The notes beneath the pieces are model-generated. The model was not told the origin of the DNA. It did not search any database and was given only the letters and a program-made list of their open reading frames with translations. From Proteromonas lacertae (taxonomy: Eukaryota), in contig NGBS01000609.1 in assembly GCA_002245135.1 (NCBI GenBank), forward strand, positions 62,001 through 114,947: DNA of 52,947 bases. The letters run 5' to 3'. Positions 1-13,934 of the stretch are shown one piece after another (position 1 is the first letter of the stretch; each line of letters starts with the position of its first letter). Both the position numbers and the translations under genes were made by a program.

Positions 1-1010
1 CTAATTATTGTATCTTTTAATAAACTTTCGTTATTAACATTATTTCTTTGATTAAAAACAATATCGTTGTTAAATTCATTAATCATTTCTCTAATATCTT
101 TTTCAGGATTAATTTCATTTTTCAAAGGTTCTTTTATAAGTAAATTGGAATTTTCTTTTGGTGTTAATCTGAATGTTGTATTTGCTGTATATCTTTTCAT
201 TTCTTTTTTAGCATCCATTTTACTTTTATCTTTATTATTGAAGTATCTATTTAAAATTTCTATTTCTATTTCTTTTGATGTAAACTTTATTCTTTCAGGA
301 ATTATATCGATTCTATCAGTATCATATACGTAAAATCTTTCATTGTATGATGATGGTATGTATGATGTTAAAATATCTCTATCTGGATCAAATGTGAAGT
401 TATTAACTTCACATTTTATTTCATACAGCTTATCCTCGCAGTAATTGATTTCTTCTTGTGTGAAAGGCAATAAATAGAATTGTATTGGACATCTTTTGTA
501 TCTCATTTCTTTATACTTATCTGCATTGGGTGAAGATATCATTATCAATATCTCATAATTGTTGAAATCATCTTCTTTAATTTCACAATTATCACTAATT
601 ACTATTGTTTTCCTGTTTGTATATGGCATATCTCTTGTTAGTTTATATTCTGTTCCATAAGCTTTTCGAAATAATTGCAACTTTTCTTCACCTTCAGATT
701 TACTAACTATAACAACATTATATTCCTTAAAATCCTCATCTATATTCAAACAATAGCCAAGAAAATAGCAGAATGTTGTCTTACCTATTCCCCTGTTGCC
801 ATACACTAAAAAACATTTTTGATAATTAAATTCAATTCCATTCTTAATATTACTCTTCATCTCACAATAAATCCGAATGAAGCAATCTCGGACTAGAAGG
901 AATGGACTATCACAACTAAAGAATGCTTTGTCATTAATAATTTGCTTTTCAAGTTTTATTTTTCCTATTCCATCAAAATCAAAGTCGATAACACTAGTTG
1001 ATATTTCCAT
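1..1010 (-). CDS. Crinkler/RHS-type P-loop NTPase protein (3' end outside the window)
   Basis: Manual translation from ATG at 1010: MEISTSVIDF...FLLVRDCFIRIY...FLVYGNRGIGKTTFCY...IIISSPNADKYK...FYLLPFTQEEI. Same motif order as the NTPase domains at 40770-45421. Probably missing from the ORF track because no stop falls in the window. Confidence 0.75.
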   Translation of the reverse strand, partial: MEISTSVIDFDFDGIGKIKLEKQIINDKAFFSCDSPFLLVRDCFIRIYCEMKSNIKNGIEFNYQKCFLVYGNRGIGKTTFCYFLGYCLNIDEDFKEYNVVIVSKSEGEEKLQLFRKAYGTEYKLTRDMPYTNRKTIVISDNCEIKEDDFNNYEILIMISSPNADKYKEMRYKRCPIQFYLLPFTQEEINYCEDKLYEIKCEVNNFTFDPDRDILTSYIPSSYNERFYVYDTDRIDIIPERIKFTSKEIEIEILNRYFNNKDKSKMDAKKEMKRYTANTTFRLTPKENSNLLIKEPLKNEINPEKDIREMINEFNNDIVFNQRNNVNNESLLKDTII

Positions 1011-1189
1011 AACTGAAGAAGGAAAGTTTGTAATAAGGAAATAAATGAGATTTGAAAATAATAACCGTTTCAATAAACACAAACTATATCAAGCTTTTGA
1101 ATATAAAACATTAAAATAGAAAGAAATGCTACTTCATTCGAGAAATAAATAGAAATATATAAAACATAAACAAAATAAAAAGTAATCAA

Positions 1190-2286
1190 TTATTTCTTCT
1201 GAATACTAAACAGACGAACTGCACTATCACCTCCACCAATCGCTAATAAACTTGGATCACTAGGAGAAAAATCTAAACTAAACACTCCTCGAGTTAAACC
1301 AGATATTGTTCCTATCAATTCATTTTTATTATCATGATCAAATATTTTTGTTTCATTTGAGCCACTACCACCAGCTGCAAATAAACAATCTTTACCTTTA
1401 CTGAATTCAGCTGTATATAATAAACAAGGTTCACCTTTATAACCACTCTGAAACCAAGGAACTGTTTCAATTAATTTGCCACTTGGATAATCCCATATCT
1501 GTAATTGTTCATCAGGTCGCCAAGAACCAGTTAAGATTTGATTATCTCGAATATCAACAGAATCTCCTGATATATGAGGTCCATAGAAACTTTGAACAGA
1601 TTCTTCCACTCTTAAATCCCAAATTTGTACAGTATTATCCCAGCCACCACTTATTAACACATTCTTATCGGTTGGATGGAATTTTAACGAAAATACACGG
1701 TTTGAATGTCCTGGTGCTGCTTTACCATAGCCTCCAGATAAGGTACTGATTAAAGCTTTACTAGACTCATCATATAATCTGACTTTATAGTCTTTACCTG
1801 CTGCTGCAAATACTTCACCATCTGGTCTATAATCTACACAAAGTAAGGGATTCTCTTTATCTGTTATAGTGTTTAAACATTTTCCTGAAGTTAAATGCCA
1901 ATGTTGAACATTACCGTCAGAATCTATTGTTTTTATATGAATTTATAAATATACCAACTGATAATAAAACATTCTTTGTTTTTGCACGACTGCCTTCAGG
2001 TCTGAATCTGATAGAGGTGGTAGGTAATTTAGCTACATTGTCTGAGTTTAATGTATATGCTAAATGACCGCTTGAAGCGTTGTAGACTTTAATCGTTCCA
2101 TCGCCTAATCCAGTAGCTACATATTTGGAATCTGGTGAAAAACGTAAACAGAACACTTCTTGACTGTCCCCTGTATGTTCTCTAAGATATAAACAATCTG
2201 AGATACGCAATAGTGAGAGTTGGTGCTAAAATCTTAGAAGTTGCTATATTGAAAATAAATAAAAGAATGGATATACAAGATGACAT
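1190..2286 (-). CDS. WD40-repeat protein
   Basis: WD motifs (VFCLRFSPDSKYVATGLGDGTIKVY; GHSNRVFSLKFHP...LISGGWDNTVQIWD). A GT-AG intron at about 1924-1956 joins the ORFs. The 5' end (ATG 2286) is uncertain because I could not splice it in frame. Confidence 0.85.
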
Positions 2287-2479
2287 TGGCTGAATATAGA
2301 TTTTAAAAAGATTTTAAAAATATGCTTGATAAAAAGTTTGATCAGAATAGATTACACAAATCAATACAAATATTATATTACCATTTCAAATCTATTTTGA
2401 CTAGAATAATTAGTTCAGTGATTGAAAGAAGTTATAATAAACAAGAAGTTTCATTTTTCATTTGTTTTATTGAATTGAA

Positions 2480-3310
2480 ATGAGTAGTGCAGAAGTAGCC
2501 GTATCACACCCAATTGAGTCAGATGCCACAAAGGAACCAACTAGTATATATATTGACAATAAAATCGATATGCTTTTATATTTTAATCATTATTCTATCT
2601 CTCCTATCCTATTTATTTACTCAGTCAGATTTATTTTATGTTATATAATAGAACTCACAAAGTTAACTGCTGATGGCAAACACTGTTTACAATCTCAATG
2701 GTCTTTTTGGTATGATAAAAAATTCACAAAAGCAACAAAAGATGCAGGAAAGTACATTATTTTAAAATAATAATAATAGGAATTATCAAAGCAATTTAAC
2801 TCGTTTAGGATCCTTTGATACTGTAGAAGATTTTTGGAATTATTATTGTTACTTACATCGTCCATCAACTCTTGACAAGGATATAAACTTCTATCTTTTC
2901 CGTAATCAAGATTATCCAGCTTGGGAGACATATCCAGAAGGAGGATGTTGGATTTTAAAAGTAAAAAAGAACTCTGGTGTAATAAGTAAACTTTGGCAAG
3001 ATTTAGTATATTTAATTATAATTGTCAATTTATTTTATAGTTATTTGCAGCTGTAGGTGAACAATTTGGAACTCCTGATGTAGTTGGTATAATGATGGCA
3101 ATAAGAAGTCGTGAAGACATGGTATCTATTTGGAATAAAGACAATTTCAAATCATCTTATGAAAAGTTCAAAATAGCTGAAAAATTAAAGCATTTGTTGA
3201 ATTTAGAGCCATCCACTGTGATTGAATATAAATCACATAAAGAGAGTTTGAAAGATGGTTCTACTTTTAGAAACGCTCAAAAGTTTGTAATTGCTTCAGT
3301 TGAAGAATAA
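2480..3310 (+). CDS. eIF4E: eIF4E-family cap-binding protein (multi-exon)
   Basis: Spliced translation: HCLQSQWSFWYD...LGSFDTVEDFWNYY...LFRNQDYPAWE..PEGGCW...LWQDL...SREDMVSIWN, the conserved aromatic pattern of eIF4E. Confidence 0.92.
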
Positions 3311-3513
3311 AATAATAAGAGAAAAGAAATTATAAAAATTTTGGAAAAAGAATATAAATATTATTATTATTATTATTATTTTATGTTATATATATTGTGT
3401 GTGTGTTGTTTTTGTTAAATAATAAAACCATTTTTAAAAAAATAAAACAAAAAACAATAAAATATAATATAAAAATGAAATTAATATATATATTTATATA
3501 TATTCTACTTTAT

Positions 3514-5829
3514 TTATTTATTAACTAGTGATCTAGCAAATGGTACAATTTCTCTCAATGTTTTAATAATATTCTTTGCAGTTAATGGAGGATTGACAAA
3601 CTCATGATCAAAATAACTACACAGTTGATCTAACAAGGATAATATTGTCTGACTATCACTTGTAGTAATAATTAAAGCACCAGCAGGAGCATTACCAGTA
3701 GAAACAGCAAGTTCAGTTGTGTTTATATTTCTAGAAAAATCTTCAAAATTCTTTTCTAAAATTGTATATCTATTTTCATAAAACTCTTTTTCTTTTTTTA
3801 ACTTTGTTAAAGCAGCTTCATACTGTTGTCTTGTATCTAATAATTCATTATAAAACATTTGTTTGTTATTCTTTTCTTCATAACTCAATTCAGATACTTT
3901 TTCATTCAATTCTGTCAGTTTTTGTTCATATTCACTTTGTAAATTTTGATAATTAGAAACTTCTTTTTCAAACTGTGAAATTACTTCTGTCATTCTTTCA
4001 TTATCTTTCTGTAATTGTTGAATATAAGGTATTTGTTTTTTGAATCCATTTAATTCATTCTCTATTGATTTCTTCTCTTTCATTAAATTTGTATATTTCT
4101 CAAAGACATTTGTAGCATCATGATCGTTATTTTCATTCTTTGAACGAAGTGATTGAATATCTAAATTCAATTGGTTGATATTTTTCAACTGAATATCATT
4201 ATTTTTCAATAAAATTTCATTAGCTTTTGTGAGTTCAGTAACTTCATCTTCTAAAGTTCTGATTTTATCATTTAATAATGATTTCTCATCTTCTGCTTTA
4301 ACTATGTATTGATTATATTCATCTCTTAGTTTCTTCTTCTTTAAAGTTTCATCGTTTAAATTGTCATCTAATTCATTTATTTTTTTATTTTTTCCTTTAA
4401 TTTCATTTTCTTTTCTTTTAATCTCTTCTTCATGATAATTATTCATTTTTGTCAATTGCTCAACTTTGGATTTAAGGTCATTGTATTTCATTTCATATTC
4501 ATTTAATGAATGTTTTAATTTTTGAAATTCATCATTCTTTTCTTTTAGAGCATCTTCCTGTTCACTTAATATTGAAGTATTTTGGAAATTCTCATCTTTC
4601 ATTGATTCTATTTCATTTTCTAATTCGTTTATTCTTTTATCTTTATTAGTTAGTAGAGTTTCTAATTCACTCACTTTTATTTCACAATCATGAACAGATA
4701 TTTGTGTTTTGTCAAGCTCGGCTTGAATGTCTAATTTTTCTTTCTTCAAATCTGAAATATTTTTTTGTAACAATTTCAAATTTTCATTAGAAGTTATTAG
4801 TTGAGATTTCATTCCTGTTAATAGATTTTCTTTTTCTTCTATATCTTTTTTATAACCACTTTCTATCTTATCTATTTGATCTCTCAAATTTAGTATCTCT
4901 GTATCTCTTTGATCCACAGTTTTACCTGATAATATATTTTGATTATCAGATGATAATCTTTGTATAATAATTGACTGTTCAGTAATTTTGTTGTTTAATT
5001 GTTTGATTTGATTCTTTAATTCACTTATTCCAAGTGTGTTTATATCTTGTTGTTGTTGTTGTAATTCATTATTATCATTATTATTTTCATTTATTGTTGT
5101 AATTGATCCATTCAAATCTCTTAATTGTGTTATTTTATCTTCTAATGCTTCTACTTTACTTATCCACATTTCTCTATCAGAATTGTACTTATTCTCAATA
5201 TCTTGTAATTGGTTTTGATATTTTATAAGATCTTGCTGTCTTTGTTCTACTAATTGTTGTTTTATTTGACTGATCTGTTTTTCATAATAATTTTGAATTT
5301 CTAAACTGTTATTATCTTTTTGAGATTTCAATGTGTTTATTACTTCTTTCAATTTCTTTGTATCTGTTTCATAACTTGAATAGAGGGATTGTAATTCGTT
5401 AGATAGGTTCTTATCTATTTTAATAATAATATATTATATAGGTATATATAATATACTCTGGTCTTTTTCTTGATTTAGCTGATTTGATAAATTCTCTATT
5501 TGTTCAGTCAATTGTTGTATGTAAGTTCTATCTGCATCTGATCTAGGAGTATCGTCTTGATGTTCGTTGATGTATTCCATCATTTTTGACACTTCTGTTA
5601 GATTCTGCTTAGCTAGTGCAATACTTTCCTCTGGATCTTCCTAATATTAAATATATTATTTGCATATCTATACCTCTTCCTCTTCTTCATAACCATTTTG
5701 ACTTTCTATTCCAAAGATTAGATTATTTATCAATATACCTTGAGTATTTAAAAGATGCTGATCAATAATATTTGTTCTATTGTTCAAATACCTGATAAAG
5801 TCTTTATCTTGGTCGAAATAGCCAGACAT
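3514..5829 (-). CDS. Long coiled-coil protein of unknown function
   Basis: 612-aa E/K/Q/L heptad-rich ORF, extended 5' through short GT-AG introns to ATG at 5829 (MSGYFDQDKDF...). Confidence 0.75.
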
Positions 5830-5903
5830 ATAAAATCAAACTGTCAAATTCAAGCCAAACTTCATTTCAAAAATATACTCGTTTTAATTTTCATAATTTT
5901 GTC

Positions 5904-5913
5904 TTTTCCCGCC
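5904..5913. promoter_or_regulatory. E2F-like site in the divergent coiled-coil/Top3 promoter
   Basis: TTTTCCCGCC, 56 nt upstream of the Top3 ATG, matches the E2F consensus TTTSSCGC. GC-rich word in AT-rich DNA. Confidence 0.45.
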
Positions 5914-5969
5914 TTGAATCAATTAGGATATTTTTCATCGCAATTTTTGTATATTTAACTTAAGAAAAT

Positions 5970-8957
5970 ATGAAATACCTTAATGTTGCTGAAAAGCCAT
6001 CAGTTGCTAAAGAGATTGCACGAATTCTATCAAAAGGTAGTTGTACCAATGTAATTATAGTTTTATTATATTCTAATAGAGAGAAGGATTATCAAAATAC
6101 AATAGAATATATGAATTTCAATACGATTTACTTGGTAAAACCAATGTGACGATGTTAATGACATCTGTAGCTGGTCATATAATGGAATTAGATTTTACAG
6201 AACCATACAAGTATATTTTTCATAGATTATTTAAATAGTAAATGGAATACTTGTCATCCTTTTCAATTATTCTCAGCTCCTGTCTCAAAACATGTAAATC
6301 CGAATCTTGAAAACATCGCAAAGACATTGAAGAGAGAAATCAGAGGCTGTGAAGGTTTAATACTTTGGACAGACTGTGATAGAGAAGGTGAAAATATTGC
6401 CTTTGAAATAATTGATTTATGTAAAACGGTTAAACGTACAATCAAAGTATATCGAGCCAGGTTTGCTGCATTAATTCCTAGAGATATACATTATAGTGTA
6501 AATCATTTACAAAATCCAAATATCAATGAATCATTATGTGTAGATTCAAGGCAAGAGATTGATTTGAGGATTGGATCAGCGTTTACTCGTTTTCAGACAT
6601 TTTTATTACAAAAGAAATATGATGGTTTACCTGAAAGTGTGATTAGTTATGGACCTTGTCAGTTTCCTACATTAGGATTTGTAGTGGAAAGATTTTTACT
6701 GATAAAAGTATGTATATATAATTTTTATATACTTATTTTTTGTGATTAGAATTTCATTTCAGAAGACTTTTACACTATCAAAGTGATAGACAAAAAAGAA
6801 AATAATAATAGCACCAACAAAGAAATAACCTTCAGATGGAAACGTCAACATATCTTCGATCATATCATCGCCTTTATACTCTATGAAAAATGTATAAAAA
6901 ATCCATTAGCAACAGTTGTAGGTGTAGAAGGAAAGCAAATCCAAAAATATCGTCCTTTTCCACTAACTACAGTGGAAATGCAAAAAAGATGTGCTAGATA
7001 TTTACATATATCATCTGATAAAGTTATGAAAATTACAGAATCACTGTATGAAAAAGGTTATATCAGTTATCCTCGTACTGAGACTGATATGTTTGTGGAA
7101 GGGTTTGATATTCAATCATTATTGAAGGAACAAATAGATCATCCTAAATGGGGTAATTATATATCCTTTTTGTTTTACAGATTTTTGAAATTTTCTTTAA
7201 TTTTGATTTTAAGCAAATCAATTAATGAATGGAATAGGTTTTGAAAATCCCAAGAAAGGCAAACATACTGATAATGCACATACTCCCATCCATCCAACTA
7301 AATCAATTCAATCATCCAATTTAAGTAGTGAAGATTTAAAAGTTTATGAATTCATTGTAAGACACTTCTTAGCTTGTTGTAGTAAAAATGCTATTGGATA
7401 TGAGACAAATATCACTATATCAATTGATGAGGAATTTTTTGTAACAACTGGTTTGTTAGTAAAAGAAAAGAACTATTTAGAGATATATACTTATGAAAAA
7501 TGGAGTGAGAATGAAATACCAACTTATAATGAAGGTGATACTTTCATTCCATCTCAATTATCATTAGAAGCAGGTAAAACTGAGCCACCAAGACTTATAT
7601 CTGAGCCAGAATTGATTAGCAAGATGGATAAAGAAGGAATTGGCACAGATGCAACCATAGCTGAACATATTGAAACAATTCAAAAAAGAGGTTACGTTGA
7701 GAAGATTCAAGGTGATTTATTTACTCCCACAACCTTAGGATTATCACTCGTATTAGGATATATGGCAATGGGATATGATTTAGATAAACCAAGGATTCGA
7801 GCAAAGATTGAAAGTCATTGCGTATGTGTTAGTAATGGAGAAATGACTAAAGATCAAGTAGTGAATGAATGTATGTTGGAAATGAAACAAATATTTGATG
7901 GCGTTCAACAAAAACAGAATTTGTTGGAAGATGCAGTTGCACAACATTTTAATAGAATTAATGGAATTATTGAGAATAATATCAACAATTTCAACAACAA
8001 TAATAACGGTAATAATTTTCCATCTGTTCCAATTATGAAATGTCCAAAATGCAATAATAATAGTAATGTGATGATATTGAAAAAGATAAAAGAGCAATTT
8101 GTTGTAAGTTGTATCGGTTATCCGTTATGTAAAAACTCGATTTGGCTTGGTGCTGTTGTAAAATCTGTTTCAGTTACATCTACGAAATGTGATAGATGTT
8201 CAGGTATTTATTATTATTATTATTATTTATCATATATATATATAGCAAGTCAAAATAGTGATGTTTTTCTTTTGAAATTTGAATTTGATTCTCATCATTT
8301 ACCGCTACACATATTAGAATCAACATATATAGGATGTATAGGAGGCCATGATCGTATATTGAGTGAAATAGGAATAAATATTAATTATACTATTCCACAA
8401 CCACCTGCAAATTCAATAAGAAATAATAATCATAATCATAATCATAATAATTCAGTGATAATTGAAGATGATGATTTGGCTGATATTGACTTTGATGAAG
8501 AATTGTTGAATCTAGAGATGGAAAATGGTAATAATCAACAATCACTTCAAAATAGAAATATGAATCAAAATCAAAATCAAAATTATCAACCACCACCACC
8601 TCAATCATCTACAACTATCACTCCAACTATAAATCAGTTCTTCAGTGAAGTGAAAAAAACAAATACATCTTCTACTACTTCATTTAACTATACTTATCAA
8701 GATAACAGTGCTTATATTCCCACACCACCTGATGATTTCGATGAAACACTATCTCCAATTTTAGATACTTCTCCTCCTACTCAATTTGCTCCATCACCAA
8801 ATATAAATATAAAGAATCTGTGTGAAGATATTAAAACACTGTACGAGACAATACCAAACAATCAGAATAAAACTGTATATTTTAAAATTTATTATATTGT
8901 TCCTAGCAAATGTACCAAGAGTTACAGAATTTAATTAATAAATATAAACCTCATTAA
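5970..8957 (+). CDS. TOP3A: DNA topoisomerase III alpha-like (type IA), multi-exon
   Basis: MKYLNVAEKPSVAKEIA, TOPRIM WTDCDREGENI, catalytic GYISYPRTET, GIGTDAT, C4 zinc ribbon (CPKC...CIGYPLC). The last exon after an intron ends at TAA 8955-8957. Confidence 0.95.
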
Positions 8958-9042
8958 ATACCTTAATTTTGTTTGTTTATTTATTTTGAAACGAATATAA
9001 TTCAAAAATTAAAAATCGTTTCTTTTTTTAATTTTTTAAAAT

Positions 9043-9419
9043 ATGGCTTCTGAAGCACCTGAACCATCTGAAATAGCTAAAATATTTAAAAAACCATTAA
9101 CAAGGGTATAATAATTACCATATATTCATATAGAAAGTTGATATGACACAAGAAATGGCTACTGAAGCAACAGAAATTGTCACATCTGCATTAGATAAAT
9201 ATTTTTCAACAGAAAACTGGGAAGTATAATTTCTTTAATTCTTAATCAAATTTATAGAATGCTGCAAAACAAATTAAAGAGAATTTAGATAAAAGGTTCG
9301 GACCAGCATGGCATTGTTGTGTTGGTGAAGGATTTGGATTTCAAATAACTTATCAAGAGAAGCATTTACTATATTTATTCTACACAGACCATCTTGGTGC
9401 TGTTGTATATAAATGTTAG
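9043..9419 (+). CDS. DNAL4: Dynein light chain, LC8 family (DNAL4-like)
   Basis: Three exons: ...DMTQEMATEATEIVTSALDKY...AAKQIKENLDKRFGPAWHCCVGEGFGFQITY...LGAVVYKC*. Not in the ORF track because of the introns. Confidence 0.85.
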
Positions 9420-9625
9420 TATATAAATTAAGAATTTATTATTTTTATTATAACTATGTCAATCTATTTTGGGGAATATGAGAATTATGGGTAATAGAAG
9501 TGTTACTTCGTTGATATTAACCATTCATATGATTAAGCAGTTAGAGATAATTCATATTCATTTATCTGCCATAAACATTTATCTGTGTGTGATGCGTGAA
9601 AAGCAAGAATAATTTAAAAAGACAG

Positions 9626-9635
9626 TTTTGGCGGG
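9626..9635 (+). promoter_or_regulatory. E2F-like site upstream of SMC1
   Basis: TTTTGGCGGG, 21 nt before the SMC1 ATG. Confidence 0.45.
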
Positions 9636-9656
9636 CTTTTATCACTTTTTCATTTT

Positions 9657-12600
9657 ATGGGGTATATAAAGAGTCTAACCCTCGAAAACTTCAAGAGTTT
9701 TAGAGGAGTTACTACAATAGAACCATTTGAAAGATGGAACTCTGTTGTAGGACCAAATGGTTCTGGTATTACTCATTTTTCTTTATTTCTATAGGTAAAT
9801 CGAATTTCTTTGAAGCTATCGCCTTTGTACTCTACAGTAAAGGTTATAGATTAAAAGATACAAGTGCTAAAGAGTTTATTCACAAAGATGAACTAAGCAA
9901 TCAGAAAGAAAATATGGCATCAGTTACATTAGTTTATCAACTTGAAGATGAAGATAAAACTGACGAATTAACCTCTGACATAATGGTATTCAAGAGAATT
10001 GTCACATCAACAGGATTCACCTATCAAATAGATGGTATACAACGTACAATAGATGAATATAAAAGAACACTAAGATCTTTAAGCATTACACCATCAACAT
10101 GCTTAATATTTCAAACACAAGTGAATGAAATTAGTCAAAAGGAGGATAAGAAGTTAGGAGAAGAATTTGAAGAAATTTCTGGCTCAATAGAGTTTAAAGG
10201 TGATATAGACAATATGAAAAAAGAAAAAGAAGAAATTGAAGAAAAAATTAAAGACAATTTCAAGAAAATTCAAGGTATTAACAATTTAAAGAAGATATAT
10301 AATAACCAATACAATGAATATGAAAATTATACTACATGCAAACAACAATTATCTGATTTAGAAATTCAAGTTAATTTACAAAAGATACATTATTATCATA
10401 GTAATATGATCAAAAGTGAAACAGAAATAGCAGATTTAGAAAATAAAATGGTTGAAGATGAAAATAGAAAGGTTGAGATAAATGAACAATTAAAAACACT
10501 CAAAAAAGAAATAGCTAAATGTGATGGTAAACTCTCTCAAAAGAAAGAAGAAATTAATTTAAGCAATAAAGAGAATTATAGAGACAATAAATTAACTCTC
10601 GAATCTAATATTGATTCAATTAATAAAGCAATTAAAAAACTAGAAAAAGAAATTGAAAAGAAAGTAAATAAATTGAGTGATTTAGAAAACACTCTTGTTG
10701 ATGTACAAGCGGATATTGAAGAGAATCAAAAAGCTAGAGATAGAGATGATAAACAGATTGATGCATTAGTTCAACAAACCGTATATTTAAATATAAATAG
10801 ATATGTATATTATCATAATTAGACTAATTCAAACACAAGTTCTTCATTTATGCAGTTAAATACTCAATACAACAACGAAGTAGCGGATTATATAAAAAGA
10901 CAAAAAATATTAAATGAGAATAAAGACAATATGTTAAAAAGTATTAGAAATCAACAGAATAATATCAACTCCATTGATAGTGAAATATCTAAAACTATGC
11001 GTGATAGAGATAATGATATTAGTAGTAAAGAAGAGTTGGAAGAACAACAGAATGAGATAAATAAAGAGAATGTGATTAAGAATCATGAGATAGAAAAATT
11101 GAAAAAAGAGTTGGAAAGTAATAGAAAGACCAAAGAAGAGTTAGAAAAAGTGAATAAGCAGAAAGAAGAGGAGATAATGAAGCTATCTCAACAAATATCC
11201 ATCAATAAATATGAGCAACAAATGGAGAAAGCTAAAAATGAATTATTTAAAAAATATAAAGATAAGATTGTGGGTGAATTCCTATCTTTAGTGAAAATCA
11301 ACCAAGATGAATATTATGAAGCTATTACTACAGCCCTTGGGAAGTATAATAATGCAATTGTGATAAAGGAAAAGAAAGATGCCAAAGATATGATAGAGTA
11401 TGCTATATATTTCAATTTTTATATTTTTATCAAACCAAAAAGCTTGATATTTTTGGTACACCCAAAAGTGGTGTTACGAAAACTTTTTTTTATTTTTCTT
11501 CAAATTCTCTCTATTTATAATCAATAGTCATATCACAAAGCTCAAGCTTCCTGTAATTACTTTTATTCCACTTGACAATATTCAAATCCCAGTAGTATCT
11601 GATTCTGATAGAAATAACTTTAGAAATACCAATTTCCATTTAGCCATAGATTTAATTACCGTAGTAAAAAATGAATGTAGAGATTTAGGCAAATATGCTC
11701 TAGGAACTACCGTCATCTGCAATACAATCAAAGATGCTATTCATTTTGTGAGAAATCATAATGATTTACGATATAGATTTGTTAGTAAAGATGGAATGAT
11801 AATGAACAAGAACAGATGTATCACAGGAGGTTCAAATAGTAGTAATTCAGCTAATTACCATAATAAGAACAATTATGAAGCATTACAAGCTGAAAGAGAT
11901 GAAAATCAACGAGAAATTGATAAAATATTGAAATTATGTAGTAGAAATGGTGAAAATTCAATAATTGCGAAAATCAATAATTTAGAGAATGATATATCCA
12001 ATAATAACAATAATTTAAAGAATATTATCAATCCATCAATTAGCATGAAAAGAAGTAGAATTGCAGGTTATAAATCGAAATTAGACAATTTAAATGCAGA
12101 GAAGAAGAAATGTCAAAGTGAAATACAAAAATATGCTAATGATATAAACGCTATAGATAGAGAATTAAAGAGTATAGAAGAAGAAATGAATAAAATACAT
12201 CAAAATGTATATATATATGTATTGTTTAATTAATAGATATTTGGTGGTTTAAGTCAAGATGGTGGTTCAAATGAAGCAATAATCGTGTTAAGACAGCGTG
12301 TAGATGATTTACAAAATAAGCGACTTAGTTATGATAGACAATTAACATCATTGAAGGAGAGTGTGAACACTATACATTCAGATATTGAAAGATTGAAAAG
12401 TGAGATTAGTACATTCGAAAATGCAATTCAAGAAAAAAATATGAATATGGAAGAATTGAGAGAAGAATTAAAGAAAATCGAAGAAAGCCAAACAAATGAG
12501 AAAAATCTAGAAAAATTAAAACAAGAAATAGATTCGTTACAATCCACAAAACAAGGATATGAAAAAGATAGAGATGATTTAAAGAACGAATTACATCATC

Positions 12601-13583
12601 TTAAACAAGAATATACATCCAACTTAGAAGATATAAATCGATATAAAAACACCATTACTCAAATGAAATCTAATATTCATGATATATTAAATATGTGTAA
12701 AACTACTGGTATTCAATTACCCATCAATAATAATAATAATAATAATGAAGGTGGTGGTAGTTATAGTGAAAGTCAAGATATAATGATGAGTCAATCAACT
12801 CAATCAACAATAGAAGAAAGATTATTGATAGATAATAAACTGATTGAAAATATTGATTTTAGTTTAATACTTAAAAAGAATAATAACCAAAATAATTATA
12901 ATGATGAAAGTTTTAAAAAGATGATTGATGAATGTGAAGGGAGAATAACTACATTAAAACAATCATTAATCAATACAAATCCGAATGGTAAAGCAGCTGA
13001 CAATTTAGCTGAATGTAAAAAAGAGTTATTAGCTGTTCAAGAAATATCTAAAGATTTAAATCGTAAAAAAGAAAAAGTTGAAAAACAATTGCAAGATTTA
13101 ATTAAAAGAAGAAATGAAAGATTTAACGAATTATTTGAAGTAGTAGAACAAAATATAAACAATATTTATAACGAATTGTCAAAAAGTAGTAATGACAGTG
13201 AAGGAGGAACAGCATATATACACAATTTAAGTAATGAAAATGAAAAGAAAATTCAATATAGTGTAAATCCTGCAAATAAGAGAGTTGATGAAATGAGTAA
13301 ATTAAGTGGAGGAGAAAAAGCAATAGCATCTTTGGCTTTATTATTTGCAATTCATAAGTACCAGAAAACACCATTTATAGTGATGGATGAGATAGATGCT
13401 GAATTAGATAATAATAATGTAAAGAATGTTCAAAGATATATATTGAATCATAAGAATGAAATTCAATTTATTACTGTTAGTTTGAAGGATATATTGTTTT
13501 GTGAAAGTGATAGTTTGATTGGGATTTACAAGAAGGATGGTAAATCGAATGTGTTGTGTTTAAATATGAATAATTTTGATTAA
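9657..13583 (+). CDS. SMC1: Cohesin subunit SMC1 (multi-exon)
   Basis: LENFKSF...VGPNGSG|KSN Walker A split by an intron, coiled coils, hinge, then LSGGEK...ALLFAIH...PFIVMDEIDAELD. Confidence 0.9.
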
Positions 13584-13934
13584 AGACTTATCGATATAAT
13601 ATAATTTTGTGTGTTTTTTTTAATATATAAAATAGTAAATTTAAAGATTTATTTTTATGAATTTGTAAGATTATTAAGAGATTGAAAAAGTCTGTAAAAT
13701 TTTATGCATAATTTTACCATATATGAATAATATTGAACAAAATATGATCTTTTGTGATAGTTATAAAGATTCTTTATGTAACAATTAATAAAAAAAGAAA
13801 AAACAATTATTTGACCGTTTCATTGCATTTTTTGAAACATTCATTGGATAATAGTTTATTTCGTTAATTTCAACTTGAATAGAGTTGCAAAAGAACCATC
13901 TAAATATATTCTAACAATTTATCTTTAAGTCTAG

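Noticed and set aside
8970..8977. TGTTTGTT motif linked to polyadenylation-created stop codons in Blastocystis
   Set aside because: The spliced Top3 frame already has a genomic TAA at 8955-8957. No gene here clearly needs such a stop.
9471..9560. Possible structured RNA between DNAL4 and SMC1 (GAATATGAGAATTAT / ATAATTCATATTC)
   Set aside because: AT-rich imperfect stem with no box motifs or terminator. Not distinguishable from chance.
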